A stretch of DNA of 48,893 nt from a virus. Lineage: Duplodnaviria; Caudoviricetes. The notes below the pieces were generated by a model. It was not told where the DNA came from, did not search any database, and saw only the letters and a list, made by a program, of their open reading frames with translations. The position numbers and the translations under genes are program-made. Location of the stretch: positions 1 to 48,893 of the IMG/VR virus record IMGVR_UViG_3300037313_000210; one strand, written 5' to 3'. Positions 44,547 through 48,893 of this stretch are shown here, piece after piece. How positions within the stretch are numbered: the first letter of the stretch is position 1; each line of letters opens with the position of its first letter.

Positions 44547-45899
44547 TTGCCTGATCTTCAATACGGACTTTCGAACTACGACAGGGATAGGGGCAATTTC
44601 CCTAAAATCCCTCTCGTTAACATGTTCGCTGAACAAGTCCCTGTTGAACCAAACCCCGCCCTTCAGTCCCGCCCCGGACTAGAGGAGACAGGAACCGTAC
44701 TAGGAAACGGCCCTGTTCGAGGGCTGTTCCAGATTGACGGTGTTCTGTCTGGGCAAATGTTTGCTGTTTCAGATGGACAGGTTTACTCCAGTTCTACCAG
44801 CCTAGGCAGCATCACCGGAACCGGTCCTGTTGCCATTGCAGGGTTTGAGAACAGAGTTTTCTTCACTGCCGGTTTAACTGCTGTGCAGTACGACGGAACC
44901 ACTCTTACAGACGTGACTACGCCAGATGGCTTTGACGTTCTCAGTTTGTGCGTGGGCACCAGCAGATTAATTGTAATCGACAGCGGGACCGGACACTTCT
45001 ACTGGAGCAACGTCCTCGATCCCACGGTTGGTGCGTTGAGCTTCGCCACGGCCGAGAACTCTCCGGATAAACTCAAGGAGTGTCTGTTTCTCGGTGACAC
45101 CTTGATGCTGTTCGGTACGGAAACTGTTGAGTTCTGGCCCGCGTCTTCCAGTAATCCCGATCTTCCGTACACACCTCTCGTAGGTCGTACGTTTCAGGTT
45201 GGCATCCGCGACACAGGCTGTGCGTCGCTGTTCAAAGGCACGTTCGCTTGGATTACCAACCACAATCAGATTTGTGTAGGTGACGCCAACAACGTCATCT
45301 CTAATCCCTCGCTAGAGGAGAAGATTACTGACAGTGTAACTGCTAAGCTGTGGTCTTTTCATCTAGAAGGAACAGAGTTCTTGGCTGTCACTCTTGACGA
45401 CAGCACTTGGGTGTTCGCTTCTACGGCGAGCCAGTGGAGTGTGTTCGAGAGTTACGGGGAGGGTAATTGGATTCCTCGATGCTACGCCAACGGGGTATTC
45501 GGTTCGGGAGTTGACGGACGGTTGATCCAGTGGAGTAACGATCACGCAGACTTCGGGGAAATCTTAGAGCGTCGATTCCGAGCTGGAATGCCGCTGACGG
45601 CTGAAAGCACTCCGCTCAGCAGCGTACTACTTCGTACCAATCCCGGCCACACAAGTTATCTAACTGGCGACTACTCCAATCCGACGGTAGAACTCCGTAC
45701 GTCTAAAGACGGTGGGTACACGTGGAGTGATTGGAAGCAAAGGTCTCTCGGAGCTGTAGGAAAGTACAGGACGTCCGTGATGTGGCGTTCTTTGGGCTTC
45801 TTTTCGTTTCCTGCGATGATGGTTGAAATTCGCGTTACCGATCCGGTTCCGTTCAGAGTTTCCGGAGTTGTGGCTAACGAAGGCTACGGCAGAGTATGA
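44547..45899 (+). CDS. Tail hub / packaged DNA stabilization protein (P22 gp10-like)
   Basis: GPVRG, FATAENSPD, FGTETVEFW, SKDGGYTWS, WRSLG, VTDPV. Confidence 0.9.
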   Translation: MPDLQYGLSNYDRDRGNFPKIPLVNMFAEQVPVEPNPALQSRPGLEETGTVLGNGPVRGLFQIDGVLSGQMFAVSDGQVYSSSTSLGSITGTGPVAIAGFENRVFFTAGLTAVQYDGTTLTDVTTPDGFDVLSLCVGTSRLIVIDSGTGHFYWSNVLDPTVGALSFATAENSPDKLKECLFLGDTLMLFGTETVEFWPASSSNPDLPYTPLVGRTFQVGIRDTGCASLFKGTFAWITNHNQICVGDANNVISNPSLEEKITDSVTAKLWSFHLEGTEFLAVTLDDSTWVFASTASQWSVFESYGEGNWIPRCYANGVFGSGVDGRLIQWSNDHADFGEILERRFRAGMPLTAESTPLSSVLLRTNPGHTSYLTGDYSNPTVELRTSKDGGYTWSDWKQRSLGAVGKYRTSVMWRSLGFFSFPAMMVEIRVTDPVPFRVSGVVANEGYGRV

Positions 45900-46564
45900 G
45901 TTTAACTCTTCCGCGCTTTCAGGAAATGGCTGAACTAGTAGATCAGTACGGTCGCCCGACTATGGCTTTCCACATCTGGTGGGACAACTTCGCTTCTGCT
46001 ATTGAAAGCAGTTTCAACAATCTCGCTGACATCGTTACTGACATTCAGACTTTGCAGACTCAGCAAACTGCAATCCTAAGTGACTTGGCCGATCAGCTGG
46101 CTCAAATCGAAGCGGCTCAGGCAGCTGCCGACGCAGCTCAAACTACGGCAGATACAGCTCAGAGTACCGCGAATACGGTTAACCGCAACGACTCCATCTC
46201 GACCTCGTGGACCTCGCCGGGAACGATTCTTTCGGCCTCTGACACGGGTTCGGCCGCTAGGATTACAGTCTCCGGTCACACACGGAAGTACACCGACGTT
46301 TCGTCCAAGTCCGTCACAGGCGGTAACATCAACGGCCTGAACTACTCGACAACCTATTACGTTTACTACGACGACACGAACCGTTCAGGTGGTTCTCAGG
46401 TTTATCACGCCACGACCAACCCGAACACGGCTCTTCCGGGGGCTGCTGCGGGACGACACTACTGTGGTGTGATCACCACTCCGGCTGCCGGTGGCGGCTC
46501 GACCAGCGGTGGTGTTGACGCCCCGTCTGGCGGTGGAGGCGTTCAGGGAGGACAAATCCCATAA
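45896..46564 (+). CDS. Tail needle-like protein (coiled coil + C-terminal knob)
   Basis: AQAAADAAQTTADTAQSTAN heptads; YYVYYDD domain; gp26 position. Confidence 0.7.
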   Translation: MSLTLPRFQEMAELVDQYGRPTMAFHIWWDNFASAIESSFNNLADIVTDIQTLQTQQTAILSDLADQLAQIEAAQAAADAAQTTADTAQSTANTVNRNDSISTSWTSPGTILSASDTGSAARITVSGHTRKYTDVSSKSVTGGNINGLNYSTTYYVYYDDTNRSGGSQVYHATTNPNTALPGAAAGRHYCGVITTPAAGGGSTSGGVDAPSGGGGVQGGQIP

Positions 46565-46590
46565 AGGTTGAAACCAGAAAAGACTGGGAC

Positions 46591-47007
46591 TTGTTGATTG
46601 AAGCCACCGAATGCAACAGGGACTTCGTTCCAGTCAGTGATTTAGAGATTTGGTGGAATCTCCCGCACAACATAATGTTCATCTCGGGAGACAACGTAGG
46701 ACTGGCTACGCACGAGTATCCCGGAATGTACAGCGTACACTGGTACTACCAGTCAGCGAGGAGCCGAAAGGCTATCGACCTCGGTAAGGAAATGTGCCGC
46801 CTGCTGTTCGAGGAACACGGGGCACAGTGTTTGAGAGGGTTGATTAAAGATCACCTCAAAGCCTCTCGGTGGGCGTGTAGACAACTTGGTTTCAAATCAC
46901 AAGGGTTAGTAGAGTTTCCCAACAACGACGTGAACGAGCTTTTCATAGCTACAAAGAAAGAATTCTTAGAAGGACTGAAGAAGAACAAAAATGGGTACTG
47001 TAGGTAA
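46591..47007 (+). CDS. GNAT-like virion assembly protein (P22 gp14-like position)
   Basis: YSVH…LRGLI…ASRW…QLGFKSQG pattern between needle and ejection genes. Confidence 0.65.
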   Translation: MLIEATECNRDFVPVSDLEIWWNLPHNIMFISGDNVGLATHEYPGMYSVHWYYQSARSRKAIDLGKEMCRLLFEEHGAQCLRGLIKDHLKASRWACRQLGFKSQGLVEFPNNDVNELFIATKKEFLEGLKKNKNGYCR

Positions 47008-48277
47008 TTTCCTTTTCGGAGGAAGTCAGCAAAAGCAGAAGAGTACGAACACCAGTTCGTCTACGTCTTCCAATCAGTCGTCTAACAGCAACGTTCAGGC
47101 GTCACAGAGTTCTAGTAATCAAAACTCAGCTAGTGGCAGTGCCAATCGGTCTTACGATGCGCTGGCTTCGGCTTTAACTCCGTCACTGGGGTACGTCTCC
47201 AGTGCGGGCAACATGCTCGGGGCTCTTCTCGGCTTGCCTCAGTCCACCTTCAACTACACCCCTCCTGCACCGTCTGTTCTTCCGGCTAATGCGGGCGGCT
47301 CAAGTGGTGGTGGCGGAGCCAACCGAAATATAATCAACACTCTTCTCAAGAGGTACATGGCGGGCACACCAGCCGCTCCTGCTCCGGCCCCTAATCCCTA
47401 TCCGGTTCCTCTTCCCTCCGGAGGCAGTTACGTACCTGTTTCTTACGGCCCTAACGACACAGGTGAACTCGGGAGCAAGGGAGAGCGACTGCCTGTTCCA
47501 ATCAACACCGGAGAGCACGTTCAGTACAGGGCTGCCGGTGGTCCCGTTCAGGCAGGACAGCCTTACGTCGTAGGTGAAAAGCGGCCTGAGTTGTTCGTTC
47601 CTCACACTGACGGCACGATAATTCCTTCAGTACCGCAGACTATGGCTGCTCCGGCAACTCCACAAGTTACGACTACAGCCCCGCTTAGTTTACGTGATTT
47701 GACTAAACACCAGCCTCGCGGAGTTCGAGGCGGGCCGATTACTGTGCCTCCGGTGACGACTCCCCCTGTCACGACTCCCCCTGTCACGACTCCTCCGGCA
47801 CCCACGACACCGCCGCCTCAGCCGGTATACAACCCTGCGGCCCCTAATCCCACAGACGCACTCAACACGTTCGCCAACTCGGCGGGAATGAACTTCATTC
47901 TTGACCAAGGACAGAAGGCTCTTTCGGGGGCGTCTGCGGCTAACGGCGTGTTTAACTCCGGAGCAACCGGCAAAGCGTTAACCCAGTACGGGCAGCAACT
48001 CGGCAGTCAATATCTCGGGAACTACATGGACAAACTTCTTGACTACGCCAAACTCGGTCTTGGTTCGGCCGGTGCCCTTAGTGGTGCTGGTGGAATTAGC
48101 CAGAGCACAGGTAGCGGAGGCTCGAACAGCACCTCGTTCGGTTACGGCTCAGGTCTGTCAACTGGTACGTCCAGCAGCAACAGCACAGGGACTTCTTCTG
48201 GTTCTGGTAACTCTAAGAACGGATTGGTTCCGGCACTGACTAGGGCTGCGGCTACCGCCGTTGCGGCAGGAGCTTAA
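46991..48277 (+). CDS. DNA ejection protein (P22 gp7-like) with inserted tape-measure-type motif
   Basis: S/G-rich ends; SAGMNFILDQGQKAL…AANG…SGATGKALTQYGQQL; internal RAAGGPV…YVVGEKRPELFVP. Confidence 0.75.
   Translation: MGTVGNFLFGGSQQKQKSTNTSSSTSSNQSSNSNVQASQSSSNQNSASGSANRSYDALASALTPSLGYVSSAGNMLGALLGLPQSTFNYTPPAPSVLPANAGGSSGGGGANRNIINTLLKRYMAGTPAAPAPAPNPYPVPLPSGGSYVPVSYGPNDTGELGSKGERLPVPINTGEHVQYRAAGGPVQAGQPYVVGEKRPELFVPHTDGTIIPSVPQTMAAPATPQVTTTAPLSLRDLTKHQPRGVRGGPITVPPVTTPPVTTPPVTTPPAPTTPPPQPVYNPAAPNPTDALNTFANSAGMNFILDQGQKALSGASAANGVFNSGATGKALTQYGQQLGSQYLGNYMDKLLDYAKLGLGSAGALSGAGGISQSTGSGGSNSTSFGYGSGLSTGTSSSNSTGTSSGSGNSKNGLVPALTRAAATAVAAGA
47747..47799 (+). repeat. 15-bp coding tandem repeat (PPVTT x3)
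   Basis: Repeated CCCCCTGTCACGACT-type unit within 46991-48277. Confidence 0.8.
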
Positions 48278-48281
48278 CTAA

Positions 48282-48893
48282 ATGGGTAATCCTAACAAAG
48301 ACGCCCTGCTTCAAATCGCGATGGGTGACGACACCACCCCGATGGTTCAGCTAATGAGCGATCCGTTGGCTGGAATGATAGCCAACAACGGAGCTGTCGC
48401 TAGTCAAATTGGTTTGAGTCAGGCTACTCCTGACGCATCTCAAGCTGGTGCTCCCGTACCTCAGCCAGACCAAGGTGGTGGTTTAATGCCGACCATGCTA
48501 GGCCAGTCTGCTCCTCAGCCCGCTGACAATCAGTACACGGACTTCGATCCTTCGGACGTGGCTAAGTCTGTTCCTCAAATCGGCAGCGAAGACGACGACT
48601 CTCTTTCGATTTCTCCTGCGTTCAAACCGCACCAGCTAAGCACTCTCGGACACATCGCAGACATTTTCCTGTCTGGTTTGCTGAGTAAGCACAACAACGA
48701 CCGCAACATGCGCGAGGCGGTACAGGGGTTCACCAAAGACCCTGAACAGGTAATCAGACGTATCGCTACGTTCAACCCTAAGTTGGCTCTTGATCTTCAA
48801 GAAAGGTACGTAGACAACCAGCGTCAGCAAATGAACGTTGACAAAAGCCTCAGAGCGCAGAACCTAATTGTAGACAAGTACGTTAGGGACCGT
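48282..48893 (+). CDS. 5' part of ejection protein continuing into 1-699 (absent from ORF track)
   Basis: ATG at 48282, open to the window end (MGNPNKDALLQIAMG…), in frame with 43-699. Confidence 0.8.
   Translation, partial: MGNPNKDALLQIAMGDDTTPMVQLMSDPLAGMIANNGAVASQIGLSQATPDASQAGAPVPQPDQGGGLMPTMLGQSAPQPADNQYTDFDPSDVAKSVPQIGSEDDDSLSISPAFKPHQLSTLGHIADIFLSGLLSKHNNDRNMREAVQGFTKDPEQVIRRIATFNPKLALDLQERYVDNQRQQMNVDKSLRAQNLIVDKYVRDR
48741..48893. repeat. Terminal overlap, copy 2
   Basis: Matches 1-153 with one mismatch. Confidence 0.95.

Noticed and set aside
48741-48893. 153-bp repeat as a biological direct terminal repeat
   Set aside because: It falls in the middle of a CDS, far from the strand switch and terminase; better explained as assembly overlap.
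1-48893. Complete tRNA genes, CRISPR array, integrase, phage RNA polymerase
   Set aside because: Only isolated T-arms were seen; no regularly spaced repeats and no ORF with the relevant motifs (manual reading only).

Overview
The window is an apparently complete ~48.74 kb lytic podovirus-type phage genome, circularly permuted: bases 1-153 recur at 48741-48893 with one synonymous mismatch. The host is probably an alphaproteobacterium; this is inferred from the GTA-type 3TM holin and terminase style. The + strand arm (31062-48893, continuing 1-5873) carries packaging genes, a P22-like portal/scaffold/coat/tail-hub/needle/ejection module, two beta-helix tailspikes and a lysis cassette ending in a trypsin-like protease. 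The - strand arm (30036 down to 5973) carries early genes, a phiEco32/PaP3-like peptide-ligase cluster (GGCT, two glutamine amidotransferases, COOH-NH2 ligase, amidoligase, ATP-grasp) flanked by three paralogous 'CC(G/A)' proteins, and T7-like replication genes with a class II RNR. I saw no RNA polymerase, integrase, complete tRNA or CRISPR array. The most unusual signals are mostly non-coding: two covarying type-I hammerhead ribozymes with an atypical stem II, two covarying H-type pseudoknots, two tRNA-like T-arm elements, several 300-550 nt structured blocks, a strongly SD-led MKT minigene, ATA start codons on nrdJ and the SSB, a TTGC-N5-GTAA operator at fixed spacing behind three sigma70 promoters, and a consensus sigma54 site near a G-tract at the strand switch. 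All calls come from reading motifs by eye; no searches or folding programs were run.
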